A DNA stretch of 64,000 bases from Lytechinus pictus (taxonomy: Eukaryota), in the NCBI RefSeq assembly GCF_037042905.1, contig NC_087245.1, positions 23,810,001 through 23,874,000 of the forward strand. The letters run 5' to 3'. Below the pieces are notes generated by a model. That model was not told where the DNA came from and did no database searches. It saw only the letters and a list, made by a program, of their open reading frames with translations. A program made the translations under genes and the position numbers. Numbering within the stretch: position 1 is the first letter of the stretch; every line of letters begins with the position of its first letter. Of this stretch, positions 50,460 through 63,704 are shown in pieces.

Positions 50460-50920
50460 AATGATGGTCGAAACATCGTCATCTTCGATCCTCTCGTTGG
50501 TCAACGTAAGTTGCCATCTTTGATGACGTCATCATCCTTACAGACATATTTACCAGTCACTATATATCGCGATTTGTGCCGCTGCTTTGCACTTGTAGAT
50601 GTGCGTGCGTTCGGAACTTGTCGCTCGCATTGATTGGCCAGGATATCGAAAATTTAATCGGAAAGCCTTGATAAAAGCACAACTCGTTGACGGCTGCCAT
50701 TTATTCCTCTCCGGCAGAAAATTAAAAAAATAAGGAATAACTCATCGGTAACGTATAATTTTGATATTTTATAGAACTTACATAGTTTCAAAAGAAAGAT
50801 TAGAGTCTAACGAAAATAGTGGGCCTTCGCGTTCAAGATAATATAATGTCATTTAGAATCTAAATGAAATTAAAATCTGGACAAAACCCGTCCTCCGAAT
50901 TGCCGACCAGATTACACATG

Positions 50921-51190
50921 CAGGGGCGGATCCAGCTTTTTATAAAGGGGGGGGTTGGGGTGGTATGTGAGGGAGCGTAGCGACCGAGTCCAAGCGAGCG
51001 AGGGGGGAGGGTGTGGGAGGGGGTGTCCCCCTCCCACAGTAGGGAAAATTTTTGAAAATCTGTGTGTGAAAATGGCGTTTTCTGAAATTACAAGTTTAAA
51101 AAAAAAGATAAGATTTAAAAAAATGGTCCCCGGATTTTTTTTTTGGGGGGGGTTGCAACCCCCCCAACCCCCCCTCTAGATCCGCTTCTG
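50921..51190. mobile_element. CAGGGGCGGATC MITE with 5-bp TSD
   Basis: Ends CAGGGGCGGATCCAG / CTAGATCCGCTTCTG, ACATG on both sides. Confidence 0.78.
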
Positions 51191-51437
51191 ACATGCAGGC
51201 TCGCACTAACACACTACGGTCGGTGAATGGGGATTATAGTAAAATGCCAAAAATTGTTGAATAAATCCCCAGAAACGACGGTTATTCCTGTCTAGATAAT
51301 CGTAAAAATTAAAATAAAAAAATATAACGAAAAAGATGATTGACTTAATATCTTACTCTACACCCGTATTTCACTCCGTTTCCATCCTCCGGTTATCCTC
51401 AAAATTTGTGATTTTGGGCCAGTATCTTTTTCCTCAC

Positions 51438-51550
51438 ACGTATTATTCACGGCCGAATTCAAATCATCGCATGCGATCGCGATCGGTTTGACCTTCGACA
51501 TCCGATCGCGATCGCATGCGATGATTTGAAATCGGCCGTGAATAATACGT
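51438..51550. repeat. 113-bp near-perfect hairpin
   Basis: 49-bp arms with one mismatch and a 15-nt loop. Confidence 0.92.
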
Positions 51551-53498
51551 TCGTAGAAATTCTACAAACCCCCAACTAAGCTTCAATATAAATATTCATA
51601 ACTGTCCGTGAACACGGACCAATAAGCGACGAGGCTTGAACGTGACGTATTATGAATAGACTGCAATGATATTTGATTGGTTAAAAAATACAGTTGATCG
51701 CCATATAAGGGTTATCTCATGAATGATGCATAATAAAATTACGTCATGCATATGATAACCATACATGCATATTGATGACTTTACCAGTGATGATAGGCGC
51801 TTGGGCTGCGCCCTCGCCCGTCAGTAGTTTGCCCACTAGCCCGACGCATATCGGATAGGCTAGGGCTAGATATATTATTCTGAACCTTCTCCATGTTATT
51901 ATTTTCAATTTTAGTGGGGGGTGCATATGGAACTCTTGCCAAACAATGATTTTCGTGTGCGACAAATTACATCATGATTCCGGAAGCACGTCGGACGGGT
52001 AAAGATATTCTTGATTATAATATGATGTAAGAAAGAATTTGTGTGATTTTTTCTTCATATATCATATCATGAGTAAATTCTAAGTTTTTGTTTGCTAATT
52101 TTATCGAATCTGAGCAGATGTTGGTAATTTGTGTTTGCTTACTAATGTTAAAATTTGTTCTTGTTAACTGTGTGTTCCATGGCTCTTTCCAATGTCATGA
52201 ATGTGCTGATCAATCGTATCGTGACGCTCATCAAGTTCTAACGATATGCGCTGTCTATTGTTGACAGCTCTAATCACTGTAAAACTCGTGCACGGGTACC
52301 TAGAGAAGTACCTAGAGAACTAGCCATCGACGATCACCCACAATACACCACACCTCAACATTCGATCGAAGGAGCGGACGAGATTGAACTTGGCAAATTA
52401 GGCCCATATTTCCGTCAGAAAATATATCAATTGTTAATGCAAAACTATGTTATAATGATGTTTTAAGCATTTTCTGTAATTTAAAAGATAAATTAGGTAA
52501 AAGTTTATATTTTCTCCTTGGTAAAAAAATTATTGCGGTTGCACAGTGACGAAATTTGTCAAGGGAGGTCAAATTGACCCCATATCAAATTAAGTAAGGG
52601 TTGGATTTGAACTACAAAAACAACATTTATACTGTAGCCTACATCTTTTTATTGTTAAAAATGAATTCCTGGTCCAAATTAACATGTAGAAGTTGACACA
52701 AAAATCATGAAAATAACTTACGCAGAAGCCGAGATATACAAATTTGATCAAAATGGGTTTGCCCCAAATCGTTTTTTGAGCAGCACCCCCTCAATGTTTG
52801 TCCGATTTTTCAAAAAAGGTGTCAAAATGCTTAGGAGTACAAGCTGCATCTTTTGAGCTGGTCCTCTCTGTGATCTGAAACATCAACATTCTATAGCCCA
52901 TCACTGAAAAGCATTCGGGTTCTTCCCGATTGTGGCATTTTAACCCCTTACTGCACTGGGGGCATGCAATACACATGAATATAGTTTTGCCTATTTAAGC
53001 TTATTTCTCGCGTAGAGACATGTTTTGTGATAAGTGCTATACAAATGATAATTATTATATATTATAAGGGTTTAGGGGTCATATTCAGGCGACAACTTGT
53101 TCAGGGGCCAAAAAATGTGTAAATGAAGCCAGTGAAAAACTTGTTTAGTGGGTTATTTTGCACACAGAGAAAAACTTGTTTAGGGGGTGTTTGGAAATAA
53201 TTTGGTCACTCATACATGTATACAGCAATACATTTGACTGCCTCCCCCCCTGGGGGGGGGGGACTTACCATTTAACAATTGAACTTAATTTTTTACTCAA
53301 ATCCATTCATCTAATGTAGGTTATGATACCACTTGCACTGCAGTCTTCAACATCCTTGTCTGTATTGGGACTATGCAACATAACACACACTATAAGGCCC
53401 ATATTCTCAAACCAGACTTAAATAAAATCCTGCTTAATAAAGTTGTGGTTTAACTATGGATAGCCAATTGGGGCACAAATCCCTAACAGTACACATCC

Positions 53499-54241
53499 AA
53501 TTCTCGCTACCCCAAATAGGAACAAAAATCTCATAATGCGCGAGACGAGATAATTTTCACTCCGTCGGGTCGTCATCACCACTTCCGGTTTAGAGTCATG
53601 CTCGCGCGAGGTTCGCGATACTGAGTTTTCCACCACGCTGAAATCGATGCCAATCAGCGTAATATGTACAGAGTATAATACTTTTTATTACATTTGGTCA
53701 GTTTTGATTCCATTTGAATTATAAATAAAAATAAAAAATATATTTCACGTGAGAATAATTTTTATTCATGTTTTTATTTGGTTATAAAAAAATCAAACAA
53801 ATAATGAATATCTTAAAATTTTGCATTTAGCGACCGGCCTGACATCACGATCGTATTCAACTAGACACTAAATATATTCAGTATTCATTTCGTTCAATTT
53901 TTCGTCGACCACAAAATGGATAAAAATCAGTTTCGGAACTTAAAAAAATCTTAACTGACAGATGAATACCGTGCAATGGAAAGCGTCAGGCAGAATTAGT
54001 GACTTTAGCAGAAAAGGCTGTAAAACTGTTAGTGAAAGAGAGGGTTGTGATCACGAACTTTCCGAGCGAAAGCTACGTTGTGTTGTTGTGCATGACGGCA
54101 CTGTTGATCTAAATGGCAAAACATTGCGTTGGACTTCCGAACAGGAAGTTGTAATACCGAAAAAGCTATCCCATAATGCAATGCACGTTACAGGGATTTT
54201 CCCGGATCTCGGCGAAATCGCTATTTGGGGTAGCGAGAATT
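53499..54241. mobile_element. TIR-bounded CpG-rich element
   Basis: Perfect 21-bp inverted repeat AATTCTCGCTACCCCAAATAG / CTATTTGGGGTAGCGAGAATT; TSD unclear. Confidence 0.6.
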
Positions 54242-54749
54242 TATTACTAGTAACTCATTTGACACTCAAATTGTTCATAATCTAGGAATGATAACTTAAA
54301 ATATTTTGAAGTATTTGTCTTTATTATGAAAGCAGATGGAAAGAAAAGGGTGAATACAAAAAAAAAAATATAAACATAATTTTTAAGTTTTTGGCTCCCC
54401 ATAATTATATCACTTTTGTTATTTAAAACAAAAAATACTATTTTCATTCTATTATGATCCTGGGGATTGTTTTTTTTATTCACCAGAGTGCTACAAAAAA
54501 CAATACAATACACATATGACAATAAGGACCCTCTTGATGGAGCCACAAAAGATCAAGCCAGAAAAGGGACCAGCGACTCCAGCCAAGGACAATTTCATAT
54601 TTCCAGTGAGGAATAAAAATTTGGTTCAAAATTCCTGACATGGGCTTTATGCACATGAAGGAACTAAATAAATCACACATTAACTATTCTCTCTCTCTCT
54701 CTCAGTGTAAAAAACTGTTTGAATCCCCATGAGCATGGATGATTTACTT

Positions 54750-54884
54750 TATTATTATCATTATTATTATTATTGTTGTTGTTGTTGTTATTATTGTTGT
54801 TGTTGTTATTATTAATATTAATATTATTATTGTTGTTGTTGTTATTATAATTAATATTATAATTATTATTATTATTGTTATTAT
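54750..54884. repeat. (ATT/GTT)n microsatellite
   Basis: Direct inspection. Confidence 0.9.
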
Positions 54885-56624
54885 GTACTCCAAATTTTCT
54901 CATTATTTAAATCTCCAAAATCTGATATTTTTTAAATACAAATTGTTTGTGTGCGTGACATGGGGAACACAGTGGTATACTTGTTTCAGCAGATGTGTAG
55001 TAATTAGCTTAATTGGATGAGCCTGCGCCTATGGATGTACATGTAGAAATATGGAAAAAAAATATGTGCATTTCGTCTATGAGACCAATGTCCATAGATA
55101 ACTGTCTGATACGCAACACGCCCTCTTGGAATTCATCAAAGCTTACAAAAAAGTAACAACTATTATCGCACAAAACTTTACGGAAGTATACAATGAATCT
55201 TTCCTATTAAAGTGAGAATTGAATAAAATATTTATACACTCTAAGTTTTATTATGTGTTATAATATAAATGATGGCAAGAATTGCTTACAGTACTAGTAC
55301 TCACAAAATCAACGCAGAATAAACAATAAATCATAAGCTCAAGAAAATGGATAAATGAACCAAAAAATTCATTTGTACTTCCTGTATGAACTGCATTGGT
55401 TGGTGAGATCATTGATTTGTCTGTTTTCCTACTGATCTAAGGACTACAACAATCCTGACTCATTTTTAGGGGTTCCTCTACATGTTCACTCAACCTTACC
55501 AGTGATCCTGTATTCACATCCTTTTGTCACCGATTCTGGTTGCTAGGCATCAAAGCCCAGCTATCTAGCAGTAGGTCCTCCATAACAAAAGCCATCTTGT
55601 TTTTAATAAACCAGGTAGAAAAGGTTTCATCCACTGACTTAAGTGACAGAGTAGAGAAGAAGTTGTATTTGTCTTTAATACCTGCTGGGGACCTGCTGCT
55701 TGTAAGAGCTTAGGTGTTCTGTGGCTTTTTGTCACCATTGGCTTTTCATGATTAACTTATAAACAGAAGAGCAAATATTGATTTATGGGATGATGAACAA
55801 TTGATGCCTTGTGGTTTTATTGGACTTGTGGTTGATTCCAATGTACAAATGAGCAAAATTATTGGATTGACTTGACAGAAAGAATAAATGAATTGTTAGA
55901 ACATAATGCGAGGATTGGACTTGTGAAGATTTAAATGTGCTCTTTTACAGCCTGAGGAAGAGAATGAAGATGGTGATGAATTATTTGCAGATGACTGGAA
56001 TAAGATTAGCTTACATCTCACATCATTTCAACACTTGCGAGTCAGTTCTCATATATTATCTTCTTTGCTGATGGATTGCCCAAGAATTCACCTGCCAAGT
56101 GTAATGGAGTGAAAAGATTCTTATTTCTTGGTTCAGTAATTCCTTATCACCTGATAGCAATATATAATATGGAGAATAATTGGGTCGTCTCGCACACTCA
56201 GTTAACATAGCCTTTCTTTCAAAGGTACCAAGTATCCAGATATTCTAGAAATTATCAGTGATTGTAAAATATGTTTATTCTCTGAAATATTCAGAAACTT
56301 AATGACACTGTCATATATTTTTATGGTGGGAGCAGAGCAGAGTCCCCTCTTTTATTATTGACAATCATGAAGTAAATCTGATATGGAGAAATGTATCATC
56401 TGGACTCCTAGCAACCTTCATGCTTCGCTTATCCTGTGCTGATTTTTGGCATGATTATATTGTATTGATGTACAGTATTGTCATTTAGGGATAAAGATCA
56501 CATTGTGTAAAACTTCTGTGGTTCTAAACTATACCAGTAATCTTGTAGCTCATTCTAGTGAACAGCACTAAGTATTGCAGTTTGTTTCAGAGGAGTAGCC
56601 AGTCTCGTTTCAGTTATCACAGTA

Positions 56625-56901
56625 ATGGATGATAAGAGGATGTCGAAGGTCCAATCCTTCCTTGAGCGGGAAAAGACAATGACCTATCGTGAAAAGATGA
56701 CCCTCTTGGAAAGGTCACGAGTGCCGCCGTCGGAGGTCATAGATCATCGCCCTTTTGGCTTAAATAGGGACTTGGTGAATGTGAAAAGCAATGTGTCGTT
56801 CAGTAATGATATTCAAGTTCACGATACAGCCAGGACAAGAACAATGACACAGGGGTCAAAGTTCACAACATCTACTCTTGAAGCTCATGCTTCTATCGCA
56901 G
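56625..56901 (+). CDS. Ankyrin-repeat protein gene, first coding exon (MDDKRMSKVQ..HASIA)
   Basis: Acceptor ttgtttcag at 56590, ATG at 56625, donor G|gtcagt in phase 1 matching the next exon. Confidence 0.75.
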
Positions 56902-58083
56902 GTCAGTGATGCGAAGGATAAAGGCAGGGATGCAGACAGAGAGATACAAAGAGGGAGGCAGAGAGAGAGAGAGAGGGGGGGGGGGAGAGAACTAGGTTTA
57001 AAAAGATATAGATGAATAGAAAGTGGGAAGTTACAGGTAGGTATAGTGCTTCATTGTGAAATCTGGGGCTCTGTTTGATAAAAATTATTTATAAATTTAT
57101 ATAATAACAATTTACAACACTGAAATCCTTCAATTTGATTTGCTGATAGCAAACTTGTTATAGATTTTGTGCATTTGTTATTAAAACAAGACACTGGAGA
57201 CAGTCTACACTGACTCAGAAGATGAAGAAGCTGTCTATTATTACTTGTCTCACCTGATTACTAATTCTATTCTAGAGTAGACATTTGTCTTCAGGTTCCC
57301 TGATGTTGTACTTAAAGACAAGAGATTGATACTTGAAATACTTGGTAGTTCACTTCAGTTTTACTTGCTTAATACTAAAAGGAGAGAAATAATGGAAATT
57401 TATATTTTTATTGTTTCAATTCCCATGATCATCAAAGTAGTTTTGATGAACATATTAGAAAAGTAGTATGTAAATGTACAGGGTTCCCAGTCCATCAGGG
57501 AAAATTATTTTACTTTTTTCCAGTCAGGGAAAAATAAGGGAATTTGATTTTCAAAAACTACCTCAAATGAAGGAAAAATCAGAGAATTTTGATCACCCCA
57601 AAAGTCGAAAGCACGGAAGTCAGTCAGACTCTATGTTATATTTTGTTGCATATCAAAACAACATCCTTTGAATGACTGCAGGTTGTGGTGGTACTAATTA
57701 GTTTTATGTTAAATACATGTAAATTACTGCAACAACAGAAAACATACAAAACTGGGAATGGGTTTAAATAATTATCAGGAATTTTCTCAAAAAGCTGGGA
57801 ACCCTGGGTATAGAAAACATACATCTACTTATTTACCACCCATTCTCTACTCATCATCGGCTCATTTTATAATGATTACAAGCAGTGCTTGTCACCTTGG
57901 CCATTCAAATTAAACCAAGAATTTTATTGCAATTGTCGACAAATTACAACCTGTTGGTAACAAAAACTTCCATAAATGCCAAGAGGGCTGTAGACTCCTG
58001 TCAGTGGGTCCATGTACATGTACATGTACACTGGAGATATTTTTTGTAATTTTCAGGATTTTTGTTTTTGGATTTATTTTCAG

Positions 58084-58241
58084 ATACCACCATGGATTTG
58101 CTAGATGCAGCTGCTAAAGGAGACACTGAGATGGTCCGGAAGGCAGTATCCAAGAACCCTTATGGCTCAAAGGGCAATGATCAGGCAATGCAGAAAGCTG
58201 TGCAGTACGGCCAGACAGAAGCTCTACAAGAGCTCCTCAAT
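58084..58241 (+). CDS. Ankyrin-repeat protein gene, coding exon 2 (DTTMDLLDAAAKGD..QELLN)
   Basis: ttttcag acceptor, gtaagt donor, ankyrin-like helices. Confidence 0.88.
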
Positions 58242-58933
58242 GTAAGTCAAAACTCTCACAGGATGTTTTCTGTCGCAGGCTAATTTGATGACACAATGGT
58301 CCAAACGTGCAAGTGATTGTGATAATGAACAAATGCAAAGTTTTTTTGTAACAAGTTTTCTATCAGTCAATCAAATCTATTGATTTCAGTAGCTTTTAAC
58401 TGTTATTGCAAATTTGTAAGTATCAACAAGTTTTAAACTTTCATTAATAATGAAGCAGGGCTGTGGTTTGAATCCAGGTTTTGAAACCATGATAGATTTC
58501 ATGTTCTGTACATTGATCACATTTAATTCAGTGCATCTATTAAGAAAGCGTCCAATAATCCATGCACAATTTTATCACAGCATGCCTTTCACTATAAAGA
58601 TTACTACATTTATGACCCAGCTGTTTGATTAATTGTAGTGGATGCAGTAGGCCTCAATTATGCATACTGTAGAGTGATAAAAGCATTTATTCATTATTGG
58701 ATGCTTACTCAATATTCATGCAGAAATAAGTGCAATCAGTGATTTCAAACCTGCAGGGTCAAAACCTCCTTTGTGAATTCTGGCCAATGATGATTTTTTA
58801 AATCACATTTTTCAGCTTTATATATGACTACCTACTCCTCCCCCTTTCCATGGCATATTTCATCAGAATCCCATAGTTTGTCCTGATTCATAACGCCATC
58901 CCAATGTCATTTTCCCCTACTCCTTTTTAATAG

Positions 58934-59135
58934 GCTGGAGCAGACCCAGATATCAAAGTTCATGGGGGTCGTACCATGCTCCATGAGGCCTGCGTTGGAG
59001 GGCACAATGAAGTTCTGAAGCTCCTTCTGATTCATGTGACTGATATGGATGCAACAAATAGCCTCGGCCAGACGGCTTGCCATACAGCTGCTTACCATGG
59101 CGAGCTGGGTTGCATGAAACTCTTAGAAGAAGCAG
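58934..59135 (+). CDS. Ankyrin-repeat protein gene, coding exon 3 (AGADPDIKVHGGRTMLHEACVGGH..GQTACHTAAYHG..)
   Basis: Canonical ankyrin consensus; AG/GT boundaries with consistent phases. Confidence 0.92.
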
Positions 59136-59296
59136 GTAAACTATGTTTATTTATGATAAGTTTGAGAAAATAAATGTTATGACGATGTCTTATATTATTA
59201 GTTGAAAAAGTACGTAATCAAAAGGCAAATAAGTGTGAGAAGAGAGATAATGATATTCTTTTTTGTCCGTTATAAGTTTGAAGTGATAAATGATGG

Positions 59297-60305
59297 TTTT
59301 ATTGTCTCACCTGCAGAGTGAGACTATAGGCGCCGCTTTTCCGATGGCGGCGGCGGCGTCAACACCAAATCTTAACCGAAGGTTAAGTTTTTGAAATGAC
59401 AGCATAGCTTAGAAAGTATATGGACCTAGTTCATGAAACTTGGCCATAAGGTTGATCAAGTATTACTGAACATCCTGCCTGAGTTTCATGTCACATGACC
59501 AAGGTCAAAGGTCATTTAGGGTCAATGAACTTAGGCCATGTTGGGGGAATCAACACCAAATCTTAACCGAAGGTTAAGTTTTTGAAATGACAGCATAACT
59601 TAGAAAGTGTATTGACCTAGTTCACGAAACTTGGCCATAAGGTTAATCGAGTATTACTGAACATCCTGCATGAGTTTCACGTCACGTGGTCATTTAGGGT
59701 CAATGAACTTTGGCCAAATTGGGGATATCTGTTGAATCACCATCATAACTTTGAAAGTTTATGGATCTGATTCATGAAACTTATACATAATAGTAATCAA
59801 GTATCACTAAACATCCCATGCAAGTTTCAGGTCACATGATTAAGGTCAAAGGTCATTTAGGGTCAATGAACTTTGGCCAAATTGGGGGTATTTGTTGAAT
59901 TACCATCATAACTCTGTAAGTATATTGGTTTAGTTCATAAAACTTGGACATAAGAGTCATCAAGTATCACTGAACATCTCATGCGAGTTTCAGGTCACAT
60001 GACCAAATTCAAAGGTCATATAAGGTCATTGAACTTTGGCCATTTTAGAGGTAATTATTAGATTGATGTCATAACTTTCAAAGTTTATAGATATAGTGTA
60101 TAAAATGTGGAAATAGGGGAAATCAAATATCACTGACAAGTTTTAGGTCACATTATCAAGGTCAAATGTCAATGAACATAGTATTGTATCATATGAATGG
60201 TGTTTTTTGTGAATAATTATTAAAAGGTTGTTTTTCAAAGTCAGCACTGCTGCTATATTGAATCGCGTGATGCATGTGAGACCGCCAGAGGCATTCCACT
60301 TGTTT
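59297..60305 (+). mobile_element. Helentron/DINE-like non-autonomous element with an internal tandem array
   Basis: SubTIR GTCTCACCTGC (59304) with nearby inverted GTGAGAC, short (GGC)n, ~5 units of 140-180 bp, 3' GCATGTGAGAC (60272), small hairpin, T-rich ends. Related fragment at ~34000-34310. Confidence 0.72.
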
Positions 60306-60684
60306 GTCCATACGTTTGAAATTGTTATGATAATATTTGTCCATTATTATTTAGAGATGATAAAATAATTTTAGTCTTTATCCATGTTAAGTTTGAGAAG
60401 CCACACAATGACTATGGTTATTCATGTTAAGTCTGAGAATATAATTTTATTTGTCAGAAGTTCGAAAGAGTGGAAAATAACTGAATGATAATAATAAAAA
60501 TAATTGTTTGAGGACAGTTTAATAAATGAAACAGTTTGATTTCGGATAAGAGCAACCCATCAGCGTTAAGAAGTGGAAAAAAACTGGTGCAAAATTTATA
60601 CTTCTACATGTTGTTCAGAACCCCAACGTCTATTACACTGTGTAAATCACCTTTCCTGCTAATTTGTTAAACTTCTCTAATTAG

Positions 60685-60849
60685 GAGCTGACTGTAGTTT
60701 GCGAGATAACAAAGGGCGTTCTCCCTGCCATTTAGCAGCTCAGCACAACCATCCTTCCATCCTCAACTTCCTGCTCTCTAAAGGAATGGACATTGAGGGG
60801 GCCGATGACAATGGACGCAAGCCTCAACACGTTGCAGCCATGCATGGAG
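60685..60849 (+). CDS. Ankyrin-repeat protein gene, coding exon 4 (GADCSLRDNKGRSPCHLAAQHNH..GRKPQHVAAMHG)
   Basis: Missing from the ORF track; translated by hand. Phase 1-1, ankyrin consensus. Confidence 0.92.
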
Positions 60850-61382
60850 GTATTAATTGAATCATTACTTGAGCAATGGAATGTAATACAAAATCTTGCT
60901 TTCAAGTGATCTCGAGTGAAATTTTAATGTTGTTTGACATTTTTTTCATGAAAAGATATTGAAATACTCTTTTTCTTCTGTCAAAGTTATGCCAAGTGAA
61001 ACTACATGTATAGAATACCAGTTGTATAGATATTAGTAGAATAGAAGTGTCATGTATACAAGTAATAATGTAGATGTTCAATCATTTGCATGTAAGACTT
61101 AGCGAAAGTATTACCAAAAAAAACAGTCTTGCCCTTTACAAGATTAAGGAAAGGAAAGGAATGAAAGGAAATACAAGATTATCGAACTCAAGCAAGATGA
61201 CATGGCCTATGTGTGTACTGTGTGATGCATTTACATGGTTCTCATTTATCCATGTGAAGCACGCAATAGAAATGACCTTGCCAAGGTTTTGAGATTTGAC
61301 CCGTTCAACTTGATCATGATAAAGTGAGGATATTGATCAATGCTGATGATGTCATGATTTTTTATGTTTGTGTATTTTGTAG

Positions 61383-61564
61383 CACTGGAATGTCTGGTGT
61401 TGTTTCTTCAGAGTGACTGCGATACGACCGTAGAGGATGGGTCAGGTTTCACAGCTGGTCACCATACTGCTGCCAAAAATCATCTGGATTGCCTGAGGTT
61501 TCTTGTAAAGCATGGTAGCGACAAAGAGGCCAGAGAAAATCATGGAAGGACATTAGCTCATCTG
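61383..61564 (+). CDS. Ankyrin-repeat protein gene, coding exon 5 (ALECLVLFLQ..GRTLAHL); gene continues past the window
   Basis: ttttgtag acceptor, gtaaat donor, ankyrin consensus, no stop reached. Confidence 0.92.
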
Positions 61565-61594
61565 GTAAATTACCCTTTGGTTGAAACAAAAAGT

Positions 61595-61910
61595 TGTCTC
61601 ATACCCATTTCCTGTCATACATCGGCCTTTCATTAAATCATTGACATTTGCTTCGAGCTATAGTTTGAAGGATGCTACCTACTCATTTCACGTCATATGT
61701 CGGCCATTCCTTTGATTGTCGATTTTTTGCTTCAAGCCAGGTCATAGTATTTCACACACCCATTTCCTGCCACCTACTCATTTCATGTCATATATCGGCC
61801 ATTCATTTGATTGTTGATTTCTTGCTTCAAGCCAGGTCAAAGTATTTCACACACCCATTTCCTGTTATTTAGCAGCGTTTCATTAAATTGTTGACCTTAG
61901 CTTTCAGCCA
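61595..61910 (+). repeat. Degenerate intronic minisatellite (~70-105-bp units)
   Basis: Recurrent cacccatttcctg / tcggccattc..ttgcttcaagccaggtca. Confidence 0.7.
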
Positions 61911-62647
61911 TATCTAACAATCCCTAAACGTACTTTATTACTTCTACTTTTTATCGTGGATTTAATTTTGCTATTTTATTAGTCCAACACTGCCAACAAA
62001 TCCTCTTTCGCATGTTGCCATTGCTTCTTCCCTTTGAAACAAAGCCCAAAATTGGTTTAGTAACTTATGAATGTACTCATTTAAATTCAAGATTTATCAC
62101 TTGATGCCTAAGAAGACGGGGGGGGGGGGGGGGAGGGTTGATTCAGCACCCCCCACCCCCACTTATGATCTCAGCCGTCGATTACAAAATCGCGACGATA
62201 ATTGGCACACATGTTGCCCATTGCATACTGTAAGAAACAAATAAGGCCCCTAAAATACTCCTTTTTTTTTCACAGACTCTTTATATGATTCTGATCGAAT
62301 GTACTTTTAACAATTCTATATCACAATTTTCTTACGTATTTCCTTGTCTTTAAACTTTTTGTTTCTTATTCTTTCAATGTAAATTGTCAGGTAATTTAAT
62401 TTAATTTGACCATAAATAAGATCAAATTAAATGAGTTTAATCAGTAAAAGGATAATGATACATTTATGAATTTTGGCTAAAAACACTATTTGCATTAGAT
62501 TTGCGCACAAATTGATGTTTTTGAGCAATATTGGGTCTGCATACACTTATGAAATGTTGCATGATTTCGGAACTACGTACCCGGGGGTCGCAATTTTGGT
62601 CTAAAAATTTGCACCATACACTTATAATGTCAATTGCTTGAGCTTAA

Positions 62648-63198
62648 AGGTCAAGTCCACCCCCAGAAAAATGTTGATTTGAATCAATAGAGAAAAATCT
62701 AACAAGCATAACACTGAAAATTTCATCAAAAGCAGATGTTAAATAAAAAAGTTATGACATTTTAATGCTTCTCTTATTTTTCTCAAAACAGTTATATGCA
62801 CAACTCAGTGGTATGCAAAGGAGAGAGTCCATGATGTCCATCACTCACTATTTCTTTTGTTTTTTATTGTTTGAATTATACAATATTTCAATTTTTACTG
62901 AAATGAAAATGTAAAACTTGTCTGAACCATATAATGTTGAACAATGATAATTCCATGTGTTCAGGGAGTATTTCATATTTCCTATAATAGAATACAAAAG
63001 AAATATTGAGTGAGTGATGTCATCAGTTCCCTCATTTGCCTACCAACCAGGAAGTGCATATAACTGTTTTGTGAAATTAAGTGAAATTTTAAAATGTCAT
63101 AACTTTCTTATTTTACATCCAATTTTGATGAAATTTTCAGTGTCATGCTTGTTGGATTTTTTATTCAAATTAAATTTTTGTTGGGGTGGACTTGTCCT
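62648..63198. mobile_element. Kolobok-like MITE
   Basis: ttaa-AGGTCAAGTCCACCCC / GGGGTGGACTTGTCCT-ttaa. Confidence 0.85.
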
Positions 63199-63704
63199 TT
63201 AATGATTAATAAAATAAACTCCTCAAAAAAAGTTTGGAAATCTGACATTGATCGATAATCCCTCCTCAGTTTTAGTAAATATCAATGTGTAATTAATGTA
63301 AATTAATAGAAAATTTAATTCTCTTTAAAATGATGGTTCACATGTAGGTGCAGTGCCTTGAAATGTGGGGCAAGGTCAAACTTCAAAAGTTGCAAAATGA
63401 CACAATATTGAAAGTCACTGTTCTTTTTTCAGTGGTGATGAGTGAGTTTCTCAGCGGTTTCTTGTAATTATTTTCATGCACCTTAACATCGACATTAACA
63501 TGGAATCAAACACACCTCTGCACAAGCAAACACATAACAAACAAACAAACATGCATGGGTATTTCAAACCACGACTCAAACCATGTTATCTCACAGAACC
63601 ATCACTACAGAAGCAGGGGCTTGATTTGAATGGATTTGAAATTGAATCTCTATTGACACAGACAAAAGAATCATGTTCTGTATTGACCCTTCATGGCTAT
63701 TTCT

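Noticed and set aside
48753..51940. Inverted pair caagaattccatatgca / tgcatatggaactcttg as TIRs of one 3.2-kb element
   Set aside because: No TSD found, and the motifs look like outward-facing ends of two separate copies.
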